NCBI GenBank assembly: GCA_013239625.1
Contig: MU053379.1
Coordinates: forward strand, 3,268,866-3,332,865
Direction: 5' to 3'
Source: Lama guanicoe
Taxonomy: Eukaryota
DNA: 64,000 nucleotides
Part shown: one piece after another, positions 37,976-49,500 of the stretch
Layout of the letters: each line of letters begins with the position of its first letter
Position numbering within the stretch: the stretch's first letter is position 1
Program-made: the position numbers and the translations under genes
The notes under the pieces: model-generated
Database searches by the model: none
The model's input: the letters and a program-made list of their open reading frames with translations, nothing else
Told to the model about the DNA's origin: nothing

Positions 37976-39199
37976 GAATCTGACATTGTCTACTAAACCC
38001 TACTTCTCTGGACCAGTGTCATCATCCCTGCAGTGACTATCCTCTAGATTTACCTTTTAAGTCCCTTCAAACATTCTTGTTCTCAGAATCTCAGGACTCA
38101 TTAATCAGAGGGACTATTTTGCTGTCAATAAGTTGATAGTACACATTATATTAAGACCAAGACAAGCAAAATATGAAACAATTAATAAAAATGAAGTAAG
38201 ATACTATAGACCAATTCCTAAATGGTGGAAGTTGTAGGACGTGAAGAGGTTATAGAGTTAATTAAATAGTTGGTAAGTTAAGGTGAAAGAGGCTTCATTT
38301 TGCTTTTGCTGTAAAGTTACTCAAAGAAACCATAAATTATTTCTGTGGTTTTATGACAAGGGAGGTTTTAATCTGATGCTTTTGAAAAACACAATGACAC
38401 TGACCTTGTCTCCAGGCTTTCTATAGAATAAGAGGTAATCATTTGCTTTGATGATGTGGCCAAAATATTCCGGAGATGTAGTTGACTATTTTAATGGAAA
38501 TAACGTGAGGCCCAACTATTCTCCTGCTCTTGGAATGCCCAGGTGCATTCTTTGAGCTTTGAGGGGTCATGGGAAATCTTTGTGTTCCTCTTCCGCTCCC
38601 TCGCAGATGATTCTTTCCCCTTCTGTCCTTTTGTTGCCCAAAGATAATCATGTCACAGTTTCCAAACATGCTCATTAGAGATGTATTCCTAAGGAGAATT
38701 CAGCTTTGAAATAGTCAGGCTTTAGAAAGGTAGGCAGTTTAGAGAGTGCTGCAGAAGGACCCTCGTGGGGTGTTGAACACGGGGAAGTGATAGAGAGCTT
38801 TGGCTTCGTGCTCCTGTGCTCCCCGACAGGCTGCTTCTCTCCACACATTTCAACATCCAGTCAGCCCAGGGCTCTCTCTCTTCATTTCATATTGTCACTT
38901 CTAGACATCTGAATCGTTTCATTCCCTCTATTTTTTACTTAAAATTCATTCCATCAATTCACAGTTTCTGCTGGGTGATGCAGAGCACTGGAAAGAGTGC
39001 CATTCCTCGTACTACAACAAACCCCAGAAAATCAGCAAGCATATAATCAGTAAGTACAAGGTCCTTTCCTTGAATGCATTGGGGTGCTAATGTCGCCAGG
39101 CAAAAGACTGGCCCAGGACAGGTCCAGGTTGAGACCTCTTCACGCCCAGTCCCACCCACCCTCCAGCTTCCGTGCGTCCACTGAGTTCTTCGACCCAGA

Positions 39200-39650
39200 T
39201 TGTGCAGGAGCAGTGGGATGGTTTCCTTTTCAGCAGGGTAGTGGATTCCTGTTGCCCTGTAATAAGTTTTGAAATCAATCTTACTTCTGCAACTGTCTTC
39301 TTTTTTAGAGTTATTTTGGCTATTCTAGGTCCTTTTCTTTTCCCTATGACTTTTAGAATCAGCTCATCAATTTCTGTAAAAGCGCCTGCTGGGATTTGGG
39401 TTGGGATTCCATTGAATCTATAGATCAACTTGGGGGGAACTGACACTTTAACAGTGTTGGGTCTCCTGACCCGTATTTCTCTCTGTTTATTTAGATCCTC
39501 TTTAATGTCTCTCAGCTATATACACACAGTCTTCAGTGCACAGAACTTCCACCTCTTTTGTCAGATTTATCTCTAAGTGTTTCATATTTGATGCTTTTAT
39601 AGAAGATATTTTTTATTTGTATCATTTTTTTAGACTCCACTTTTCTTAAT
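39200..39650 (-). mobile_element. L1 ORF2 fragment
   Basis: Minus ORF PPKLIYRFNGIPTQIPAGAFTEIDELILKVIGKRKGPRIAKITLKKK is an L1 ORF2 motif. Confidence 0.85.
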
Positions 39651-39654
39651 ATGC

Positions 39655-39741
39655 TTTTTTAAAAATTAGAGTTACTGGGGATTGAACCCAGGACCTTAAG
39701 CATGCTAAGCATATGCTCTACCACTGAGCTATACCTTCCCC
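39655..39741 (-). mobile_element. Camelid-type tRNA SINE (short form)
   Basis: ggggattgaacccaggacc..catgctaagca..ctctaccactgagctataccttcccc. Confidence 0.88.
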
Positions 39742-39809
39742 ACCCATGAAGCTAGGTTTCATAATCAGCATCCTATTACACTGAGAAAATGATATCTTCT
39801 TCAGACACA

Positions 39810-40085
39810 GGCTACATACTGTGTAATTATACTTACATGAAATTTTCAGAATAGGAAAATATACAGAGACAGAAAGTAGACTTGTGGTAGCCAGGTACTG
39901 GGGGCCCAGAGGAATGGAGAGTGACTGCTAATGGATACAGAGTTTCTTTGGGAGTTGATAAAAATGCTCTAGAATTAAATAGTTGTGATGGTTGTGCAAC
40001 CCTTTGAATATGATGAAAACCATTGAATTGTACAATTTAAGAGTAAATTTTATGATAGGTGAACTATACCTCAATTTCTTAAAAT
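39810..40085 (+). mobile_element. L1M 3' UTR fragment
   Basis: gagacagaaagtagacttgtggtagccagg..gagtgactgctaatgg..cattgaattgtacaatttaa. Confidence 0.8.
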
Positions 40086-40399
40086 TTCCCATCAGTCAGT
40101 ACTTTTGGGTGGTCTTCTGGGTGGGGTTCTGGTCCCAGAGCTGGGCTAAAGAACGTCAAATCTGGTCTTTCTGTAGAAGACATACAATTGAGTTGTGGTG
40201 ATGAACTATGGATAAATTGGGAGTTGGGGATTTGCAGATACACACAATTATACATAAAAATGGGTAAACAACAACCTCCAATGACTCTCCCCATCTCTCA
40301 AAGGGATATTCTTCCCGCCTTCTAAGAAGTGATACCGGCTTATGTTTATTGAAGGATAACTTGACCAGACATGACGCTAAGGGCATCACACAGGCCAAA

Positions 40400-40530
40400 T
40401 CACCACGTTTAAGCCTCTCAACAAGCCTAAGAGGAAGACACTGTTACTATCACCATTTCCCAGTTGAGGAATTTGAGAAACAGCAAGGTTAAGTAATCTG
40501 CCCAAGGTCACACAGCTTGTAAGAGGAGGT
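40400..40530 (-). mobile_element. MIR SINE
   Basis: ccatttcccagttgagga..aggttaagtaatctgcccaaggtcacacagc. Confidence 0.7.
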
Positions 40531-41417
40531 GGTAATACATTAAAATTCTCAGCCTCTGTGTTCTACCACTTCTCCAGGACAGGATGGCAAGTGCTTCTTG
40601 GAGCAAAGAGGGTGTTCTCTGTGGCAGTCACCACCCAGGCGCCCTAGGAAGAAATGAAGCCAATAGGTCTACAAAGACACACGCCATAGATAATTGCAGA
40701 CGATGGGAAAAGTAGAATGTTCAACATCCAGCACCCTGTCACCCCGTAAACACAAACACAGAGCCGCCCAACTAAATGGTGCTTATTATGCAAAACCCTG
40801 TGGTTTCAACCTGCCTGCGAGTTGTAAGAGCAAGCCTAGAGCGTCCCTTTGTTTCCAATCCTTGTGGTTAGGAGTACTTGTTGAACTCTGGTGAGAAGTG
40901 CATCCAAGTGGCAAACAATTATGAAATCCACCAAATGAATCTCAGCATTCAGAGCCTTCACACGTGACGTCAGCACCTGCAGGGAGGCAGAGCATCCCCT
41001 GCCGGGCGGAACCAAGCCACCATCCGGTCCTGCAGGGAGAGGAGTGCTGGCTTCGATGCTCCAAGTCCATCACCTCTTAGGAGTCCTTTTGTCAACTATG
41101 GGATAATCCTGGAGACCTCATGGAAGCACAGATTCAAGGACTTCAGTGGAAATCATGGGCACGCAAGAGCTGTGCGGCAGAGTGAGCCCATCTCATTCAC
41201 AACCACTCATACAGTTTTTCAGTTCTTATTTAGCTTTCGTGGAACACGCATATTTTAGAGACCCACACGTTAGTTGTTGGTTTACATGATATGAAATAAA
41301 ACGTGGAAATCTACGTTTTCATTTTATTTATTGGAATTTGCACCCAATCCTTATTGTTTTAAATGAACAATTACAAATGTCTTAGAGCAAAACACTCTTA
41401 GTAACCTCCTGTCCTCC

Positions 41418-42413
41418 TGTATTAGTCAGGGTTCGCCAGAGAAAGAGAACCAGCATGACTGATACAGGTAGAGGTAGGTAGATAGATAGACAGACAGACA
41501 GACAGACACATAGATAGATAAGACAGATACACAGACATACCCCATTTTTTCGTCTTGACTTTATTGCACTTCACAGATACTGCTTTTTTTTGGTACAAAT
41601 TGAAGGTTTGTGGCAACCCTGCACTGAGCAAGCCTGTTGGTGCCATTTTTCCAACAGCATTTGCTCTCTTCATGTCTCCGTGTCACATTTGGGTAATTCT
41701 CTCAATCTTTCAAACTTATAAGGTATTATATTTGCTGTGGTGATCTGTGATCAGTGATCTTTTATGTTACTATTGCAAAGAGATTATGACTCACTGAAGG
41801 CTTGGATGATGGTTAGCATTTTTTAGCAATTAAATACTTAAAATTAAGGTATGTACTTTTTTTAGACATAAAACTATTGCACACTTAATAGACTACAGTA
41901 GAGTGTAAATGTAACCTTTGTATATGCTGGGAAACCAAAAAAATTGTGTGACTCTCTTTATGGTGATATTTGCTTTATTTAGATTGTCTGGAATTGAAAT
42001 CACAATATTTCTAAGGTACGCATATATCTATAGTTGGAGAGAGAGAGAGAGAGATTGGTCGATTTTAAAAGATTGGTGTATGCAGCTGTGGGGACTAGCA
42101 GGTGCGAAGCCCAGAGGGCAGGCCTGCAGGCTGGGCATTTCAGCACGAGTTGATGTTGCAGCCCTTAAGACACAGGCAGTCTGGAGGCAGAATTCCTTTT
42201 TCTTCTAGGGACTTCACTCTTTTCTCTTATGGCCTTCAACTGATTTGATGAGGCCCACCACATCATCGAAGGCAATCTGTTTTACTCAAAATCTACTGAT
42301 TTAAATGTTAATCACATAAAAAAAAATACCTTCACAGCAATGTCTAGACTGGTATTTGACCAAACAACTGGGTACCATGGCCTTGCCAAGTTGACACATA
42401 ATTGACAATCACA
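41418..42413 (-). mobile_element. MLT2 solo LTR with a nested Tigger1 derivative
   Basis: tgtattagtcagggttc..agaga at the left; ggccttcaactgat..gatgaggcccacc..gccaagttgacacata..atcaca at the right. Confidence 0.8.
41532..42023 (+). mobile_element. Tigger1 internal-deletion derivative
   Basis: 5' end cagacatacc..ctttattgcacttcacagatactg..aaattgaaggtttgtggcaaccctg joined directly to 3' end ttagcattttttagcaat..gggaaaccaaaaaatt..aggtacgca. Confidence 0.85.
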
Positions 42414-42545
42414 CTCCCCCTGGGGGTCACTATTACCTCCCACCAAGAATGGCATCTCATCTATTAGTTCTGGCTTTCTACTTCCCAGTGACTTGTGACC
42501 TCCCCCTCGTCCTCACCATGCTGAAACATCTTTCTGCTTTATCTC

Positions 42546-42765
42546 TAGATCTGCACCATTTCACACAGTAGCAACTAAACAGATGTTCTCTAAAATTGTA
42601 ATTTTAGTAAGTTAAAATGAAACAAAATGAAAAGTTCAGTCCCACAGTTGCACCAGCTACGTTCAACTGCTCAATGGTCACACGTGGCTAGTGGCTACTG
42701 TGTTGAACAGCACAGAACAGAGCATTTCCATCATTGCTGAAGGTCCCAGTGAATAGAGCTGTTTC
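42546..42765 (-). mobile_element. MER3-like hAT element
   Basis: gctcaatggtcacacgtggctagtggctactgtgttgaacagc..catttccatcat. Confidence 0.7.
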
Positions 42766-42950
42766 AGATGTTTCTTCACTGTAGCTTTGCCTTTGCTGGC
42801 TAGGCCTCTCTCCTCAGACACTGACCCTTAATCTCAGAGTTCCAGGTCTGCAGTCTCCTTAACCATCTGGATAGTCACATAAATTCCTCACTGAGAATGT
42901 TGTGGAAAGATAGTTTGATGTATTTGTGCAATCATTGCTTGGAATGCTTG

Positions 42951-43320
42951 TGTATTGGTCAGGATAAGTAATGCTACCTGCTGAAACAAACAGCCCCAAA
43001 AGATCAGTGACTCAACAAAATAAAGATTTATTTCTTGCCCAAGTTACAGTCCTGTGCTCTCTGCAGCCATTCACTCTTCTTCCAGGGTCTCAGAGTTCTC
43101 CACTGGGTCCTCTGACATCCAACTGGCCACCTAATGAAAAGTAGAGAAGACAGTACAGGTTGTAGGGGCAAACCTGGAAGTGGCTGCGTCACTTCTGCTC
43201 ATATTTCATTGCCCAGACTGGGTCATGTAGACCCATTTCACTGCTAGAAAGGATGGGAAATGTAGTCTTTCTGAGGAAAAAAAATGAACAGGATGGTGAT
43301 CACACAGTGCTGTATCACAG
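42951..43320 (-). mobile_element. Old MLT1 LTR
   Basis: tgtattggtcaggata..gctgaaacaaacagcccc..aaagatttatttcttgc..cacttctgctcatatttcattg. Confidence 0.65.
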
Positions 43321-43844
43321 TACGTAGAAAGTGCGTATTATGTCAAGGAATACTATCCCCAAATGATGAACTATGTATGTGTAAAAGCCCTTCTGGGTCA
43401 CACGGTATGTATTTTTACACATCTCATACAAGGAAAACAAAAGTATCAGTAACTATCAAACGATGAGTTTCAAGGCCATATAGACTGGAGGATGGGGAAG
43501 AGTGGACTTTGGAATTGGAAGAGGTCTGTGTTTAAATGCCAACACTACCACTAGCTGGCTAAAAACACACTGGCAGTGTGATCTTAAGCCAGTTGCTTAA
43601 ACTTGTGGGGCCCTCAAAGGCCCCTCATGGGGTTTAAATGAGACAATAAATGCTTACATCAGTGTAAACGCTCCGTGGCAGGAGGGGCTACGTACACGTC
43701 TACATGTGACATCACATACTTACCCCTACCTTCTGTTTTTGAGTCACCTCTACTTATAAGCTGAATTTTCTAACTGTATAAGGTGCAATGTCTACTATTT
43801 CTGTGTAGTGACTGCAAAATGAGATACTGTCCCATGTTCCTGTC

Positions 43845-44319
43845 TGTTACAGTTTGAATTGTGTCTCCTCCCCACCCTCCAAATTCCTATGTTGAAGCCT
43901 TCACTCCTAGGACCTCAGGATGTGACCTTGTAAGGAAACAGGGTCATTGCAGGTGTAATTGGTTAAGATGAGGTCACACTGGAGAAGGGTGGGCCCCTAA
44001 TCGGATAGGACTGGTCTCCTTATAAGAGGGGAAATTTGGGGGACACACACGGGCAGATTGCCACATGAAAATAAAGGCAGGAATTGAGTGATGCCCTCTC
44101 AAAGCTAAGGAAAGCCGAAGGTGGCCCGCAAACCACCAGGAGCTGGAGGAAAGGCATGGAACAGAGCAGATTTTCCCTCACAGCCTCCAGAAAGAACCCA
44201 CTCTGCCGATACCTGCAGCTCAGACTTCTGGTCACCACAATGATGACACAATGAATTTCTATTGTTTAAGCCACTTGGTTTGTGATACCTTATTATGGAT
44301 GTCCTAGGAAACTGAGACA
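43845..44319 (+). mobile_element. MLT1C-type MaLR solo LTR
   Basis: tgttacagtttgaattgtgtc..gttaagatgaggtcac..ccttataagagg..ccaccaggagctggaggaaaggcatggaacag..ttgtttaagccac..ctaggaaactgagaca. Confidence 0.85.
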
Positions 44320-45505
44320 ATATCCAAGCAATTATTGACTCAAATACACAGAATTTAATTGTAAAATTGTATGGTGTTTACATTCTAAAATGTAAAATCC
44401 TGATTTCAATGTATTTCCAAAATCAATTTTCCATTCATTGATCCATCGTTTTAGAGTTCCAAAAACAGCAGCAATTTCATATAAGCCACCCTAAGATCCA
44501 TTTGGCTGCTGGGATAAAACATTGGCTTTCCTTGATGTTTGCTTAGCAGGGCATCAGGGACCCATCTTTGGAACTAGGTTCATTTATGTGACCTCAGTGA
44601 CTGGTGGTGTGACCTTGGGCAAATCCCTTACAGAGAGCCCTGAACCATTCTCCTCCTCTGAAACATAAGTGGGTGAGGCTATGTTTCTCTTGACATCCAG
44701 CTAAGATACTCTGTGGCTTACAGGAAACCTGGTCATCCAGCAGACCTGTTGGCCTGTGGTCCAGGTGAGCTAAAAGCAGAGGAGCTTACAGAAATCATCT
44801 CTGCTAATAGAAAGGGATTTAAGAACAATATTAAAAGAGAATGCTCCAGCAAATTAAATATTCTAAGTGAAGAACTCCAAATTTATTAAAAGTCTGTTGC
44901 CATTGAGAATGCATAATTTTAGCATAAATACTCTAGAAACATTCATTTAGTTTGCAAGGTGTTATTGTTAATAAACAGACCCTGCATCTAGGTTTGTCAT
45001 GTGTTACTAATAAATCAAGCAAAGAATGCAAATTATAATTATTTTGAATTATCTATTTACTGTTTAATTATATTTAATTTTAGACTCTGTTAAAATGGCC
45101 TAAGAAAAATTTGGGATGCTAAAAGATGGCTTCATTTGTGTATTTACTGAAAATAATTAGTTATATTCTTTGGGAATTTTTTTCCCTTAAAAACTAATCT
45201 GGGTAGACATGGACCTAAATAAAATATCATCAAACATGCATTTTTTTTCTGCCAGGGTTGTAGCAAAATACTGTTTGCACTAAAATCAGTGAGGTAAACC
45301 TTTGCACACTACCATGGGATCAATTTAATATAATGATTTGCTATAACAATGAAATAAATGTAACATCAGTACCACCCTTAGATCCAGGCAAGAGGGCCCC
45401 TGCCCTGGCTTCTAGATATCACACAGCCTGTTCTGGCTTTGTCTGGCCATGCCGCTCCATACAAGACATGGAGGCCCCAGGGCCAGGGGACACGTTTGCA
45501 TGAAG

Positions 45506-45507
<2 letters not shown>

Positions 45508-45558
<51 letters not shown>
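45508..45558. repeat. Compound (CT)n(CA)n microsatellite
   Basis: Direct run. Confidence 0.95.
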
Positions 45559-45880
45559 CTTCCTAGGACACAGTCCAGGTATACACCACCCTGACATCCC
45601 TGCTCCTTTCCAAGGCCTCTTAAGACTGGTTACTTGGGTCCTTCCTGCAAGGGTGACCATCATTGGTGTGGTTACCCTTCAGCCCAAGGAACAGCCAAGA
45701 GGAGGCTGAGATGGGGGAGAGGACAGAGCTGGGACTTATGGAGTGGGGTGGGGGAGGAGGGAGACACATTTCTGACTGTGTGTATAGCCCCTTGCAGGGC
45801 AGGACTGGGCCTGCAGGAGGGGGGTGGGGAGAATTAAGGGGTGAGATGGGAAAGAGGTTAAAGAACAAAACTCCCCTGTG

Positions 45881-46394
45881 GTTGGTTGGTTGGTTATTTA
45901 TTTATTTATTTATTTTTATGAAGTTGAATTGATTTACAATGTTGTGTTAGTTTCTGCTGTATAGCAGAGATTCAGTTATACATTTATGTATCTACATATT
46001 CTTTTCCTGATTATTTTTCATTATACGTTATTCCAAGATATTGAATGTAGTTCCCTGTGCTCTACAGTAGGACCTTGTTGTTTATCTATATTATATATAG
46101 TAGTTGGTATCTGCTAATCCCAAACTCCTAATTTATCCGCACCTTCCTCCCCTTCCCCCTTGGTAACCATAAATTTGTTTTCTATGTCTGTGAGTCTCTT
46201 TCTGTTTTGTAAATAAGTTCATTTGTTTCTTTCTTTTTTTTTTTAGATTCTATATATAAGTGATATCACGTGATATTTGTCTTTCTCGGTCTGACTTACT
46301 TCACTTAGTATGATAATCTCTAAGTCCATCTATGTTGCTGCAAATGGCATTATTTCATTCTTTTTATGGCTAATATTCCATTATATATATATAT

Positions 46395-46426
<32 letters not shown>

Positions 46427-46913
46427 CACATCTTTATCCATTCATCTGTTGATGGATCTTTAGGCTGCTTCCATGTCTTGGCTATTGCAAAAATGCTACT
46501 ATGAACATTGGGGTGTGTGTATCTTCTTGAATTAGAGTTTTCATCTTTTCCAGACTTAAGCCCAGGAGTGGGATTGCTGGATCATATGGTAAGTCTGTTT
46601 TTAGTGTTTTAGGAACCTCCATACTGTTCTCCATAGCGGCTGCACCAATTTACATTTCCACCAGCAGTGCAGGAGGGCTCCCTTTTCTCCACACCCTCTC
46701 CAGCATTTATTATTTGTAGACTTTTTGATGATGGCCATTCTGACTGGTGTGAGGTGATACCTCATTGTAGTTTTGATTTGCATATGTCTAGTAATTAGCG
46801 ATGTTTAGCATCTTTTCATGTACCTGTTGGCCACCCGTATGTCTTCTTTGGAGAAACTTCTATTTATGTCAACTGATTTTTTGATTGGGTTGTTTGTTAC
46901 TGAGTCATATGAG
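45881..46913 (-). mobile_element. 5'-truncated L1 (~1 kb) with TSD
   Basis: ORF2 motif [22 protein letters not shown] on the minus strand; TSD ctcccctgtg at 45871-45880 and 46914-46923. Confidence 0.92.
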
Positions 46914-47869
46914 CTCCCCTGTGTTTTATGGAGACACATTAGTCAAGGTAAGAGAGGACATACTTTATCTACAATTTGTCATCTTGATTTATAATTATTT
47001 AACATTTCAATAGATGGTGTGAGAGTCTCCATCCATACTCTTGCTCCAGACCTGGCAAATGTGAAGAGAAGGCTGGCCTTTGAATGGTCAATTTTATATC
47101 GCAGAGCTTTGAATGGTCCGCTGCTGCTGCTGCTGATCTATTTACTAGTTTGTCGCCTAGCACACGAGTTAAGTGAAATTAATGACTAAGAAAAAACAAA
47201 AGTGAAGAATAAGAAACTAAAGAAACTCTATAGTTTCTTTTTTCCACCCTGTGGGTTTTGGAATATGGTTATCAGTCTCCAAGAAGCTTTTCCCCTACGT
47301 GGGTAATGATGATGATGCTTCCTGTGTGCTGGGCCCCCTTCTGCTACTTACATTAACGAGTCTCATCATTACAGAAAGGACATAGGTGGGCCCTGAAGGA
47401 ACAGCCTCCCTGTAATATGAGGAACCCGGGACGTCAAGAGGGTGATTTGTACGTGGTCACACGGCTGGGCAGTGGAAGAAGGGACTGGAGGCCAGGCAGG
47501 GGGCTGTAGAGTCCCCGCCAAGTGTTGTACAGGGTGTTTGTCTACCGAGCTGTCTGCACAAATGTCTGCTTGCAAGCTATTTGCTAGCAACTTTCTGCTC
47601 TTCACCAACCGTTAACGTGATCCGAGCCCTAGCCACAGCCGCGGGGTCAGCTTGGGTTTTCAAGTCAGGGGGTTGTTCTTCCGTCAGGGTTGAGCATACT
47701 TGCTTAGTACTGTGAGTTTTGTCTTTGTCTTTTTTGTGCTTTGTTTTGCTTTAAGTGCTGGTAGGAGAAAAAGTTTAGCACAGTGCTGGCACTCAGCAAA
47801 TTCTGGAAAGAAGGGAGGGAAGGAGAGAATGCACTTTGTAAAATTAAAGCAATCTGAGACCAAAGACAA

Positions 47870-48750
47870 AAATGATCACGTGAATCACTCCCGCCCGGCC
47901 TCCATTCTCTATCCAAGGGGCGGGGATCGCGGGGTAGGCTTCTGATCTGGCCCTCAGAGAAGGCCCCCGCCAGGAGGAGGGCCAGGGTCTCTCTCGTGAG
48001 AACTCTGAATGGTGAGGGGAGAGAAAGACGCCACTCACGCGGCGGAGAGGGCTGGGGACCGATCCCACAAGGCCGCCTCTCCACTACCTGCCTCCTGCCT
48101 CGGCCCGCCCCCTCCCCGGACGCCCCGCCACGCCCCTGGAGGTTTACGCCCCGCCCACTTACCCGCCCAGCCCCGCCCCCTGCGCGGCGTCTGGCGCGCG
48201 TCTACCCGCGGTGCATGGTGGGGCGGTCGCCTGGACTGCGCGGGCCCTGCTGCCCTGAGGAGCTGGCGTCTCGGCAGGATGCGTCGGGCCTCCTCGCCGT
48301 CTGCGCCCCAGGCGAGCCCAGACTACTACGAGAGGCTGGGCCTCCTCCAGCAAGGGCTGCGGGACAGGTACGGCCTCCCCGGGGCGGGGCGGGGCGGGGG
48401 GTCGGCCGGCCCGGGGCTCCGCCGCCCTGCCCCGCCCGCGGGTCCCGGCGAGGCCTGGAGCGCTTAGTTGACCAGAGACGCCCCCTCACGGGAGGGCTCG
48501 TGCGGGGGTAGCGGCCGCGTCGCCGGGTTTGCCCCGGAGCGAGAGTGGGAGTTCTCCTGCCTGTCACTCTCAGGCAGGCCCCGCTACACGCCCAGCCCGG
48601 GCCTCCTCAGGTTGTCATCTCGCCCTGACGGCCGCACCGCCTCGGCGGTGACAGGGCCGGGAGCGCGGCGGGAGAGTGAGTGTGTGTCTGTGTGTGAGAC
48701 CCACGCCCTGTTGACATGCAGGAGACCTTGGGGGCCAGATCTGCCGCGAA
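47870..48750 (+). promoter_or_regulatory. KIZ: CpG-island promoter of KIZ
   Basis: Very high GC and CpG density around exon 1, with several CCGCCC (SP/KLF) boxes at about 48100-48180 and no obvious TATA box. Confidence 0.9.
48279..48367 (+). CDS. KIZ: KIZ coding exon 1 (kizuna centrosomal protein, codons 1-29 plus 2 nt)
   Basis: ATG at 48279 (A at -3) gives MRRASSPSAPQASPDYYERLGLLQQGLRD, matching the recalled human KIZ N-terminus (SPDYYERLGQLQHGLRD). 89 nt, donor CAG|GTACGG, inside a CpG island. Confidence 0.96.
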
Positions 48751-49249
48751 GGGGGGAAATTTCCAGAGAGAGAAGTCCAGCCGTCAGGGGGTTCGTGGTA
48801 CCTTGATTAAGACATGAGCGATAAGAACCACTGAAGAGAGAAGATTATAAAACAACTTACTATAAATAACTACATAAAAGATAAGTTGTTGAAACTAATA
48901 TTTAGCTGCTAAATTAATTGGAGTTGGAAATCTCATTAGTTGACAAGAAAGGAAATAGGTTTTTGGATCTCTTGATAAACAAAACGTTTAATGAGTTAAA
49001 AGCTGCAGAATCATTTTAGTGAAGAGGAGAGCTGTGTGTGACAATTCTAAAATGACAGTAATTACACGTAAGGTAAAGGCAGAAATAAGTGGCTTTGAAA
49101 AGTAATTGTATTCGTCCTGTGCTAGATTTAATTCTTGTCGAATGTTTATAGAGCATCCATCACAGGACTTCTAAATTACCCTCACATATTTTTATCAGTG
49201 AACCCTTTTCTGCGTCCTGTTTTCTTCCTGACATGTGGCTGCTCACTCA

Positions 49250-49500
49250 CCCATTCACCTCACCTGCAGCTTTGAAGAAATCACTTCCTGCAGGGCCTTT
49301 CCTGCGCCAAGTACCCATCAACCATTTCCTAACTTTTGTGCCCTCCCTTTACAGCCCTTCTGGATAATGGCTTAAGTGACATGCTCCCTGGGTAGACTGA
49401 GAATTCCAGGAGGACAGGGACCACATGTAGCTGGATCTTTAGCTCCTCTTAGAGAACCTGAAGTTGGGGAGGGGCTTGATAAATGATGAATGAATGGAAG
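49250..49500. mobile_element. L2 3' fragment
   Basis: tcacttcctgcagggcc..agactgag..aggacagggacc..ataaatgatgaatgaatg tail. Confidence 0.55.

Noticed and set aside
48851..48890. 9-bp inverted repeat aacaactta/taagttgtt
   Set aside because: Short and AT-rich, with no transposon or miRNA-like extension.
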